Shown here one piece after another: positions 55,711-64,000 of a stretch of 64,000 nt of DNA. The notes below the pieces were generated by a model. That model did no database searches. It worked only from the letters and a program-made list of their open reading frames with translations, and was not told the origin of the DNA. Positions within the stretch are counted from its first letter, which is position 1. Each line of letters starts with the position of its first letter. A program made the translations under genes and the position numbers. The stretch is from Deltaproteobacteria bacterium UBA4427 (GTDB lineage: Bacteria; Myxococcota_A; UBA9160; UBA4427): contig DGPZ01000003.1 of assembly GCA_002390675.1 (NCBI GenBank), forward strand, positions 3,165 through 67,164. Reading direction: 5' to 3'.

Positions 55711-57150
55711 TCAATCCCCGAGATCGTTCGCCGAAGAGACACGGTTTCGTCCTCGGCTCTTGGCTCGGTACATCGCTTTATCCGCCGCATCCAGCAGCGG
55801 CTCACGACTCTCCCCATGATCAGGGCAGGTCGCGACGCCGATCGAGATCGTGAGCCGAAGGGGTCCCTCGCTCCCGGCCTCGAAGAGATGGGTCTCAACA
55901 CTCCTACGGATTCGCTCGGCGATCATCTCAGCAACGTCATGGGGGGTGTCGACCAACAGGATCGTGAATTCGTCTCCGCCGTAGCGGGCCAGCGTGTCGA
56001 CCTGCCTCACACAGTCCTTCAGCAGCTGCGAAAGCACGCGCAGCGTCTCTGAACCAATCAGATGTCCATGCCGATCATTCACGATTTTGAAACGATCGAG
56101 GTCGAGGAAGAGGACGGACAGCGGATTGCCGTAGCGCGCTGCGCGCTGGATCTCGTTGTCGGCGGTCGCGAGCAGATAACGCGCGTTGTAGACGCCTGTG
56201 ACGTCGTCGATAAACGCCCGCTCCTTCGCATGGTGATAGCGCTCTGCTGTGGCCAGCGCGGTGCTGGCCCGTCGTGCGATCGCTCGCGCGGCGGCGAGGT
56301 CGGAAGCATCGAAGCGACGCCCCTCCGAAAGAATCCAAACATGCCCCGCTTCCCGGTCGTCACCTCGCAAAGGCACGGAGAGCAAAGCGCCGGACGCGTC
56401 TAGGCCGACCTGCCCGAGCGCGTGATTCAGAGGCCCCCAGGGCACGACGCCCACTTCCCCCCTGCCCATCGTAGACTCGAGGGATTTTTCTTCTATCAGG
56501 AAACGGCTGAGCCGATCACGCGTCGCTTCGTCGAAGCCCCGAGCCGCGACCCCCGTGCTCTGCGGCGCCGGACTCTGCGCGAAGAATGCGATGCCGCGAC
56601 GACAACCGAGACGGTCAAGCAGAAGCTCGAGGGCTAGCGAGTAGAGCTTCCCGGGTTCGAGGCAACTACTCAGGGGCTCGCAGGCCCGCTCGGTCTCGAG
56701 TTGCGAATGCAGATCCGCTCGCGATCGTTCCGCTTCGAGAAGCTGAGAAACGACGATAATGGCCATCGGAAGTGCATCCGCCTGCGCCACAGGGAGGCGG
56801 TAGATCGCTAGTCTACTCGTCGCTTCGACCACAACTTCGCCACCGGTATCAACCGAATGCGCGGAATCGGACATCGCGATTCGCGCCATCGCTGATCCCG
56901 GTTCTTCCCATTCGGCCCAAGCCTGATCTTTCAGAATGCCATCAGCACTCGCGCCAAGCCCCACCAAAATGAGATGCGGCGCGCCGCTGGAGGCTCGCGC
57001 GGCCGAGCCGACGTCCGGAAATGCTGCGCAGGAAAAGCTCGAAGCTTTACCCGCCGCCGCGAGTCCCGCTGAAAGGCCGGCCACAATATGATCAGCACCC
57101 TGCCCGATCAGAAGAACGGGAATCGGCGCGTGTGAATCATGTTCGGACAA
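55711..57150 (-). CDS. Diguanylate cyclase: pseudo-receiver, GAF and GGDEF domains (I-site present)
   Basis: The start is TTG 57150, with GGAGGAGG 4 nt upstream. The N-terminal REC-like fold lacks the acidic pocket (VLLIGQG, LILVGLG). A GAF-like middle region follows. The GGDEF domain is LFLDLDRFKIVND...RQVDTLARYGGDEFTILL, with RxxD exactly 5 residues before GGDEF. Confidence 0.85.
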   Translation of the reverse strand: MSEHDSHAPIPVLLIGQGADHIVAGLSAGLAAAGKASSFSCAAFPDVGSAARASSGAPHLILVGLGASADGILKDQAWAEWEEPGSAMARIAMSDSAHSVDTGGEVVVEATSRLAIYRLPVAQADALPMAIIVVSQLLEAERSRADLHSQLETERACEPLSSCLEPGKLYSLALELLLDRLGCRRGIAFFAQSPAPQSTGVAARGFDEATRDRLSRFLIEEKSLESTMGRGEVGVVPWGPLNHALGQVGLDASGALLSVPLRGDDREAGHVWILSEGRRFDASDLAAARAIARRASTALATAERYHHAKERAFIDDVTGVYNARYLLATADNEIQRAARYGNPLSVLFLDLDRFKIVNDRHGHLIGSETLRVLSQLLKDCVRQVDTLARYGGDEFTILLVDTPHDVAEMIAERIRRSVETHLFEAGSEGPLRLTISIGVATCPDHGESREPLLDAADKAMYRAKSRGRNRVSSANDLGD

Positions 57151-57213
57151 TTCGCCTCCTCCGGTCGTTGATCGTTTAGTGCGCGCAGACGTGAAACGCG
57201 GCGTTGGTCAGGA

Positions 57214-58770
57214 TTACCTTGTTATCGGAACCGAAGCCGCAGCTCTTGAGTCGGCGGGCGGAAGTGGCCTCAGGATGCGCCAGATTGCTCCCGCATCGCT
57301 GCTCCAAAGCATACGACCTTCATCTCCGACAGCGAGCAGCGTCCTCCCATCCGTCGACGCCGCAACATCTCGGATCGTCTCGAAAAATGCCTCGCCTGCG
57401 TGAATCATCGGGATTCGCCAGTCGATCGGCAATGATTCTTTGGGTGGCGGCTGCGACAGAAGCTCTCGCCCCTCTACGCGTACATCGACTGCGTCGGCCG
57501 ATCTACCTGATGGAATGCCCAACCACAGGCCACCCTGCCTTCCCACTGCGACCCACCCTACAGCCGCCGCCTGAACTGCCAAGACATCGTGTTGGTCCGG
57601 CGAATTCACAGCACTCAAAGGCTCAGTCCAATCTGAAGCAGCAAAGACCCGGCCGCCTTCGGCAACCGCGAGAATCCCGACGCCATCCACCGAAATCGCG
57701 ACATCTGTCCAAGTCAGTTGGGTTGCCGCCCGCACGATGGCGGAGGGATCCTCGCTGCGACGCTCCCGCCAATATCGTGTAAGGAAATCGGGATCGTCAT
57801 CGAGATGATCCTCGTAGCCCCATGGCGGCGCCCCTCCTGTCTCAATCGCGACAGACGCAACTCCGGCAGCCTCCAGTCGCCCTCGGACCTCTTGGCCTCG
57901 TGCCTCGATCAGCGCAAAGAGTGCGCTCGGATCCTGGTCCTCCGCATAACGTTCAATCTCGGCCTGGGAGATTCGCGCTTCGACCTTCCAGCGAACGGGC
58001 TCCCCGTGAACGGACCTGACGGCTGCCTCAAGGGCGCTTTGATCCGCCGAATCGAGTTCGACTCCACCCGTCCGGAAAACAAAAACAGGGATTCCAGCGG
58101 AGTCGGCAACCGGTACGGGTTCCCAAACTTCGCCAACGTCCGAAGACATCCGAAGGATATCTCCGATCGCATAACATTTGCCTAATGAACGATCGAAGCA
58201 TCGCACACGGTTAGCCGAATGCCTCGACTCCCCTGATGCCGCCCGCGCATCCGATCGTTCACTCGCAAGCCACGTCGCGCCACCGCTATTGGTCACGATC
58301 CATCCGCCCGAATCCGTTAGTGCGAGGGCTCGAAGATCATCGAGTGCGGCAAGTGAGCGAATTCGGTGATCCGTAGCTCGGCCAGGCAATCCTTGGCGAG
58401 TCCACGTATCGCCTCCGTTGTCGGTACGAAGAATCACGCCGGGCCCAGCAGCCCACCCCACCCGTTCGTCCACCATAGAAAGGTCTATCAGCCCCTCGAC
58501 AGCCGGAGTATGCGCTCTCCTCCAAGTACGGCCCTGATCCGTGGTGAGGTAGATCTGACCCTCAGCCGAAACGACCAATCCGCGATCCGCTGAGATCACA
58601 GCGCTCGCAACGAGCGCACCGGTCGGCCAAACCTGAGACGGAGATCCCTCTGTACCGTCGTCACCACCCTCACAACCCATTGCGAAGGCGAGGCTCAGCA
58701 GAACTACCGCGCGCACGACAAGCATGCGCAGGTTTCGCGAGCCAATAGACCGGGTTCGAGCGACGGACAT
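57214..58770 (-). CDS. Asp-box/BNR-repeat beta-propeller lipoprotein (Ycf48/sialidase-like fold)
   Basis: The lipobox is LSLAFAMGC|EGG. I see five (S/T)xDxGxxW repeats: TTDQGRTW, TDNGGDTW, TNSGGATW, SSDVGEVW and SSDAGAIW. The start is uncertain (ATG 58770, GTG 58797 or ATG 58725) and none has a clear Shine-Dalgarno sequence. Confidence 0.7.
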   Translation of the reverse strand: MSVARTRSIGSRNLRMLVVRAVVLLSLAFAMGCEGGDDGTEGSPSQVWPTGALVASAVISADRGLVVSAEGQIYLTTDQGRTWRRAHTPAVEGLIDLSMVDERVGWAAGPGVILRTDNGGDTWTRQGLPGRATDHRIRSLAALDDLRALALTDSGGWIVTNSGGATWLASERSDARAASGESRHSANRVRCFDRSLGKCYAIGDILRMSSDVGEVWEPVPVADSAGIPVFVFRTGGVELDSADQSALEAAVRSVHGEPVRWKVEARISQAEIERYAEDQDPSALFALIEARGQEVRGRLEAAGVASVAIETGGAPPWGYEDHLDDDPDFLTRYWRERRSEDPSAIVRAATQLTWTDVAISVDGVGILAVAEGGRVFAASDWTEPLSAVNSPDQHDVLAVQAAAVGWVAVGRQGGLWLGIPSGRSADAVDVRVEGRELLSQPPPKESLPIDWRIPMIHAGEAFFETIRDVAASTDGRTLLAVGDEGRMLWSSDAGAIWRILRPLPPADSRAAASVPITR

Positions 58771-58823
58771 GGGCGCTAAGGATACGCAGCCCGTCACGTT
58801 CCGGCGAGTGGAGGCAGCTCGCC

Positions 58824-59774
58824 TCAGGCCGTCGCCACAGAAAGGCGCATCGACGTCACGCGACCAAGTTTCGCATCTTCGACGCAGATCACTTCTCCGC
58901 CCATCTGTGAAATCGCATGTTTTAGGGCCTCTGGCGGATGCCCAGTCCGACCGCGGCGGGCCCCATCCGGCACATCAACGACCGATACGAGAACCCCCTT
59001 GGCCTGGTCACTACCAATGGCTCGTACCAGGATCGTGATAGGCTGACCGGTCTTAGACTCGTAAATTCGCTGCCGGAGCAGCTGACTTAAGACGCGTTCG
59101 AAAACCACAGTCGACCCTGATGCACGGGGCAAGTTCGGCGGCATCAGTACTTCTAGGTCGATGTTCGAAGGAACGTCCTGCGCCACTCGCTCAGAAACAC
59201 GTAGGACCAGGTTTGCAACGTCCAATCGACCTTGCTGCGCCTTACCGCCCCGCAAAGCGACAGAGAGTTCCCGCAACCATTTTTGCGCGGTCTCCATCTG
59301 TCGAAGAGCGTTCTCGAGAAGCCGCTGTTGATCATCAAGAAGCGTCCCCGTCAGCTTCTCTGAAAGTTGGTGCATCGACTGGAGCGCTTCGGCGATCGGC
59401 TCACCAATCTCCTCAGCGAGCCCTGTCAGGTGCTCATCGTTCGACTGTTCTTCGAGCATCACCATCACAACACCGACACGGTCGTCTTCAGCCTCGATCG
59501 GTGAACAAAGACCCGTGTAGGCATTCCCACCTTCGCGAACCTTCAACCGTGCTGCCTGACCTCGTTGAAGCACTTCTGCCGTCGCCATCAGAACGGCTTC
59601 TCGTGCGCCGCCTTCGAAGACCATAGCCAAGGGATCCCCTACGGGATCTTCATCGTGTCCGCAGAAATGATCGCGGAAGCTCTGATTCGCATAGACTACG
59701 CAGCCTTCCGGATCACCGACCAGAATTGGCGCGTCGAGATGGCCTAGCAGCGATGTCTCTTCGGCCACGCTCAT
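58824..59774 (-). CDS. PAS-like domain protein with a degenerate histidine-kinase (DHp/HATPase-like) C-terminal half
   Basis: The N-terminal PAS-like region is APILVGDPEGCVVYANQSF. The helical region contains only SMHQLSE and no H-E-x-x-T/N-P H-box. The N-box position reads LLRQRIYES, with no Asn. The G1-like motif is VVDVPDGARRG. There is an ATGA overlap with the upstream gene. Confidence 0.6.
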   Translation of the reverse strand: MSVAEETSLLGHLDAPILVGDPEGCVVYANQSFRDHFCGHDEDPVGDPLAMVFEGGAREAVLMATAEVLQRGQAARLKVREGGNAYTGLCSPIEAEDDRVGVVMVMLEEQSNDEHLTGLAEEIGEPIAEALQSMHQLSEKLTGTLLDDQQRLLENALRQMETAQKWLRELSVALRGGKAQQGRLDVANLVLRVSERVAQDVPSNIDLEVLMPPNLPRASGSTVVFERVLSQLLRQRIYESKTGQPITILVRAIGSDQAKGVLVSVVDVPDGARRGRTGHPPEALKHAISQMGGEVICVEDAKLGRVTSMRLSVATA

Positions 59775-60340
59775 GTTCCCAACTCCAAGATGCCGGCTTC
59801 GCTCATGCGGTGAAGCGAGCGAAGGGCTTCAAACCGGTCCATGCCGGAAACCGTGACGAGATCCGACAAGGAGGTCAGGCCATCGACCATTGAGAGCAGA
59901 AAGCCCGCGCTAGGCGGAAGGTTTCGGCCCTCTAGGTCCGCCGCATCCTCCTTCACACGCGGAATTTTATCTAGGTCTCCAAGCGCATTCTTATATTTCC
60001 GGAAGATCTTCGCACGAAGCAACTCGACCATGCTCTCGCATTCAAGCGTCACCGAATTCGGCGCGCTCACAAGAAGCTCGAGGGCAGCTTCCTCGTTCTC
60101 TCCTTGCACTAGCCGGCGGGCATCCCAAACGATCGAGGCACTCGGTGCATCTCCGCGATCTGCTCTTGGCAACGAACGGCGATCTGCATCACGGATATAG
60201 TCGAGGGCTTCTTCGTTGCCGGGATCGAGCTCCAATGCTTCGTTCCAGAGCATAAACGCACGTGGGATTTCTCCAGTGCCGTAGAGCTCAAGGCCCTGCC
60301 GCAGCAGCTTCGCAACGTGTTCTTCCTTCGCCTGCGCCAT
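59771..60340 (-). CDS. Small TPR-like protein with a C-terminal ~49-aa domain shared with the J-domain protein
   Basis: I place the start at ATG 60340 (GGGGGA upstream), though ATG 60361 is possible. The N-terminal TPR-like region is GEIPRAFMLWNEALELDPGNEEALDYI. The C-terminus RNLPPSAGFLLSMVDGLTSLSDLVTVSGMDRFEALRSLHRMSEAGILEL aligns with residues 63-111 of the 62006..63484 product. Confidence 0.6.
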   Translation of the reverse strand: MAQAKEEHVAKLLRQGLELYGTGEIPRAFMLWNEALELDPGNEEALDYIRDADRRSLPRADRGDAPSASIVWDARRLVQGENEEAALELLVSAPNSVTLECESMVELLRAKIFRKYKNALGDLDKIPRVKEDAADLEGRNLPPSAGFLLSMVDGLTSLSDLVTVSGMDRFEALRSLHRMSEAGILELGT

Positions 60341-60437
60341 TATTCCCCCGCGTTCATCCACCTAGCAGACTCGCTCTCCTCACCCCCGGAACGAATTCAA
60401 CATCATGGGAGCTCGTTCGCTGCGATCGGCTTTGAGC

Positions 60438-62009
60438 TCAGCCCTTTAGCTCTACCTCATAAATATCGTGTGCCTGGATGATCTCATCGATCTCAGTATC
60501 CGAGAGCGTGCCAGTCGAGCTCACCGTGATCGACTGTTCCTTGCCGGTTGCGAGATCCCGAGCAGATACGCTCACGATGCCGTTCGCGTCGATGTCGAAG
60601 CTAACTTCGATCTCTGGTTCGCCCTTCGGTGCGGGTCGAATACCGGAAAGCACGAATTCGCCTAGCAGGTCGCTCTCCGCGGCCATATCGCTCTCGCCCT
60701 GAAGGACTCGGATCTTCACTGCGGACTGATTATCCCGCGTGGTAGTAAAGATATGTCCCTTACTCACGGGTACGGTCGTATTGCGCTCAATGAGTCGCGC
60801 AAAATGACCGCCGTAGGTGCCGATGCCCAAAGACAGCGGAGTCACGTCGAGTAGCAGCATGTCGTTGTCGCTATCGAGGAGAGCAGCTGCCTGAACCGCA
60901 GCACCCAACCCAACGACCTCATCGGGATTCACGCCCTTATGCGGTCGTTTCCCGAAGTATTCCGCTACTCGCTTCTGGACGAGCGGCATTCGCGTCTGGC
61001 CACCGACTAGGACAACCTGATCTATGTCCTGCGCCTGGATGCCAGCATCCACACAACACTGCTCAACGCTCTTCAGCGTACCTTCAACGACATCATGAAC
61101 GAGATTTTCGAGACTCTCACGAGTCAGCTCATAGTTGAGGTGTCGCGGCCCTTCGGAGTCGCTCGCAATAAACGGAAGGTTGATCTCAACGACGTCGCGC
61201 ATAGAGAGATCACACTTCGCTTTTTCCGAGGCGTCCTTGAGTCGCTGAAGCGCCATCGTATCACCGCGCAGATCCATGCCTTCGGTCTCTTCGAACCATT
61301 TGATAAGGTGCTGGACGATTCGACGATCGAAGTCTTCACCGCCGAGGAACGTGTTGCCCGAAGTCGCGAGAACTTCGATGACGCCCTCGCTCATCTCGAG
61401 AATTGAAATATCGAAGGTGCCGCCACCCAGGTCATAGACAGCGATCTTCTCGTCGCCCTCGCGATTCATGCCGTAGGAGAGTGCTGCCGCAGTCGGCTCG
61501 TTGATAATGCGAAGCACTTCGAGGCCGGCGATCTTGCCCGCGTCTTTGGTGCACTGTCGCTGGGTGTCGTTGAAGTAGGCCGGCACCGTGATCACTGCTT
61601 CGTGCACGGTCTCCGAGAGATATTCCTCGGCAACGCGCTTCATCTCGCGTAAAACGATACCGGCGATTTCAGGACAGGTGAACGTCTTACCGCCGATCTT
61701 GATACGGGGATCATCGTTAGGTCCCCGCACAATTTCGTAGGGACTCAATTCGATCGTCTTCTGCACTTCGGGATCATCGAAGCGACGACCGATCAAACGC
61801 TTCGCAGCGAAAGCAGTGTTCCGCGCATTCGTGATGGCCTGGCGCTTCGCCAGGTGCCCCACGAGCCGTCTGCCGTCCTGAGATATGCCAAACATAGAGG
61901 GGGTCGTCTTATACCCACCCGAATTCGGGATCACTGTCGACTGGCCGTTCTCAACCACTGACACACAGGAATTGGTCGTTCCGAGATCGATTCCGATCAC
62001 TCGGCTCAT
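60438..62009 (-). CDS. Hsp70-family chaperone lacking the C-terminal helical lid (specialised DnaK paralogue)
   Basis: Nucleotide-binding-domain (NBD) motifs [10 protein letters not shown] and [10 protein letters not shown] are present. The beta substrate-binding domain (SBD-beta) is [17 protein letters not shown]...[17 protein letters not shown]. The protein ends 523 aa in, within the first lid helix (DnaK is ~638 aa). There is an ATGA overlap with the J-protein gene. Confidence 0.88.
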   Translation of the reverse strand: MSRVIGIDLGTTNSCVSVVENGQSTVIPNSGGYKTTPSMFGISQDGRRLVGHLAKRQAITNARNTAFAAKRLIGRRFDDPEVQKTIELSPYEIVRGPNDDPRIKIGGKTFTCPEIAGIVLREMKRVAEEYLSETVHEAVITVPAYFNDTQRQCTKDAGKIAGLEVLRIINEPTAAALSYGMNREGDEKIAVYDLGGGTFDISILEMSEGVIEVLATSGNTFLGGEDFDRRIVQHLIKWFEETEGMDLRGDTMALQRLKDASEKAKCDLSMRDVVEINLPFIASDSEGPRHLNYELTRESLENLVHDVVEGTLKSVEQCCVDAGIQAQDIDQVVLVGGQTRMPLVQKRVAEYFGKRPHKGVNPDEVVGLGAAVQAAALLDSDNDMLLLDVTPLSLGIGTYGGHFARLIERNTTVPVSKGHIFTTTRDNQSAVKIRVLQGESDMAAESDLLGEFVLSGIRPAPKGEPEIEVSFDIDANGIVSVSARDLATGKEQSITVSSTGTLSDTEIDEIIQAHDIYEVELKG

Positions 62010-63484
62010 GACTTTTCTCCTCGCGCGGCATCCCGCGCTCCAATGCGCACGGAGGCCAGAGCCCGCCGCGCTTCAAGGTCTTCTTCGTCAAACTTCAGCG
62101 CCTTTTCAAAGGCGCTCACAGCTTCATCCATCTCACCGCAATCACGATGGATCCGGCCCAGCAACATGTGCGCTGGAGCGGATTCGGGGGAGCGGAGCAG
62201 CAAAGTGTCAGCGTATTCTCGTGCATCATCGAGCCTGCCAAGCTGCAAGCACACACGCGCTGCCCGCTCATTGAGTTCTGGATCATGGGGGCGGTAAGGC
62301 AGCACGTCTTCGAGCAGGCTAAGCGCTTCAAAAAGTTCGCCAGAACTCATGCGGTCGGAGGGCTTTGCGAGCAGCTGCGTCGCACGCGTTCCCGCGGCGG
62401 CCATGCGAAGGCTGCCCAGCGCTTCTTTGAATTCGGAGCGACCGGGATCGAAGCTGATAGCGATGCGAAGGCTAGCTTCGGCTTCGGTGAGTCTCCCCGA
62501 CTGCTGCGACGCCTGGGCCGCTCGGAAAATTTCATCCGCGCGTGCCCTACGTTCTGCGATCGCGGCGTGATTGATTTTAAAGGGCATACGCTGCCGCAAG
62601 CGCTCGAGCTTCGAGAGTTCTCGCGAAGGAACTGATGATTGGCTAGCGCTCTCGACGGAATCGAGCAGAGAAACGCTAGGCGCCACATTTGGCGCTAAGT
62701 CAGCGGACCCCGCGCCATTCAAGTTAGCGCTCAGATTCTGGACTTGGCAGAGTTCCGGATCCGACAGAATTTCGTGAGCCTCGAGTACCTTTTTGAAGAT
62801 GCGATCGAGGCGCTCCCCATAGCCGCCGATCTCTTTACGGAAATAGCGGTCCGGATGGAACTCTTTCGAGAGGCTTAAGTAGGCGCGCTTGACGGTCTTA
62901 GGGTCAGCGCCCCGCGCGACGCCTAACAAAACATGATAGGGACGTCCCAGCCCGACTTCGAATTCGAGAATTCGTTTCTGAATATTGAGACTGATATCGA
63001 GTCGGTCGTCTAGTGCGCCTTCATCGGTCACAAGATATCCATCTTCGACGCGTTCGGCGGAAGCGGAGGACTGTGCATCCGCGATCGTTAATCCTGCTTT
63101 CGATTCAGACTTAGGCCGGGCGGCGGCCTTCTTAGGCGCCTTGCCTGCGACGATTTCGAGCGTGCCTTCCGCGATCCACCGTGACAAACAGATGTCGACT
63201 TGATCGGAAGGGATACCACCGATCTCGCGGAGTAATCGCCAGGAAGTGGCGCCGTCGATCCGGGAAATCAGGTATCCCTCCGCTGAGCTCAGATTGAGCC
63301 GCGTCGCGTCGCACTCTTTCGAGCGTGCGAGTACCTGTTCTTTCTGATCAGGGACATTTCCCAAGACCCGATCCACCCCATCCATTGCTGTGGACAAGGA
63401 CTCCACGCCAAGAAGTCCTCCACTGGACTGATATCGGCCGCCTAGGGACGAATAATGAGCAGCCAGGCAGCGAGAACGCGACAT
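62006..63484 (-). CDS. J-domain protein with an N-terminal small winged-helix-like domain and C-terminal TPR repeats
   Basis: The J domain is PYHVLLGVARGADPKTVKRAYLSLSKEFHPDRYF, with the HPD motif present. The C-terminal TPR region includes AHMLLGRIHRDCGEMDEAVSAFEKALKFD. The start is uncertain (ATG 63484 or ATG 63385). Confidence 0.8.
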   Translation of the reverse strand: MSRSRCLAAHYSSLGGRYQSSGGLLGVESLSTAMDGVDRVLGNVPDQKEQVLARSKECDATRLNLSSAEGYLISRIDGATSWRLLREIGGIPSDQVDICLSRWIAEGTLEIVAGKAPKKAAARPKSESKAGLTIADAQSSASAERVEDGYLVTDEGALDDRLDISLNIQKRILEFEVGLGRPYHVLLGVARGADPKTVKRAYLSLSKEFHPDRYFRKEIGGYGERLDRIFKKVLEAHEILSDPELCQVQNLSANLNGAGSADLAPNVAPSVSLLDSVESASQSSVPSRELSKLERLRQRMPFKINHAAIAERRARADEIFRAAQASQQSGRLTEAEASLRIAISFDPGRSEFKEALGSLRMAAAGTRATQLLAKPSDRMSSGELFEALSLLEDVLPYRPHDPELNERAARVCLQLGRLDDAREYADTLLLRSPESAPAHMLLGRIHRDCGEMDEAVSAFEKALKFDEEDLEARRALASVRIGARDAARGEKS

Positions 63485-63785
63485 TCACACCGGATCTTCT
63501 CAACCAGCAGAATAATCGGGTCATGGGAAACGCCTGAGGTGGATCAGGCGATCCTGCGGGGACGAAATTTTCTCATACTCAACATGCGCAAATTTGGTCG
63601 ACCGGTATCCACGAACGCCTCACGACTCTCGCGGGGTGATACCGAACCAACCGCGCTCTAAAACTCGGTGCCGCTCCGACCCAACCGGACAGCGTCCAAG
63701 CTGATAGCAATCGGCCGGCTCTGATGAACAGGCACTCATTCGCGAACGAGAACACAAATGCGTACGCGAACGAGCCCCCTACCCA

Positions 63786-64000
<215 letters not shown>

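Overview
This is a roughly 60% GC (estimated by eye, not computed) chromosomal segment of a Gram-negative bacterium. I call 61 protein-coding genes (two of them partial at the window edges), 2 decayed CheY-like gene remnants and 1 tRNA (Glu-CTC). I saw no rRNA, CRISPR array, transposase or integrase.

Gene content and order point to Myxococcota (inference). The evidence is a Myxococcus xanthus-type pilA-pilG-pilH-pilI-pilD block, two DUF4388-type proteins, a Tgl/PilW-like TPR lipoprotein next to rodZ, and many degenerate receiver domains.

Most of the window is tightly packed housekeeping DNA, and many genes overlap by 4 nt (ATGA/GTGA):
- 1-10055 (-): lolD, lolE, prfB, lnt, ybeY, ybeZ, then a DUF4388 protein and a TPR/zinc-ribbon membrane protein.
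- 10342-12559: rpsT (+), then holA and lptE (-).
- 16684-24010 (-): yceD, rpmF, fabD, acpP, glyA, nrdR, ribD, ribH, nusB, and a small M17-N-like protein.
- gltX (+).
- 25705-30008 (-): the type IV pilus block.
- 35546-40334 (-): glyQS, ppdK and a lipoprotein.
- 41011-44641 (-): recO, rodZ, a tgl-like gene and one unknown.
- TCA-cycle block: korAB (+); mdh, sucCD (-).
- aspS and argF (both -).

The ORF track misses the first exon of prfB (canonical CTT TGA C +1 frameshift) and the partial lolD. It also over-extends many starts.

The best candidate for an undescribed system is a six-gene co-directional module at 55711-63484 (-). In transcription order it encodes a J-domain/TPR protein, a lidless Hsp70, a small TPR adaptor, a PAS pseudo-histidine-kinase, an Asp-box beta-propeller lipoprotein and a pseudoreceiver-GAF-GGDEF cyclase. 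The J protein and the small adaptor share a ~49-aa domain.

Other items worth a second look:
- A signalling island (12560-16387) in which the two canonical CheY-like genes are dead.
- PPDK carrying a Lys/Ala-rich histone-like N-terminal tail.
- A LolE-type permease fused to a ~245-aa polytopic extension.
- An accessory-looking segment next to tRNA-Glu, holding an orphan ECF sigma factor and a kinase-like/ICMT gene pair.

All domain calls come from reading motifs by eye. No database search was run.
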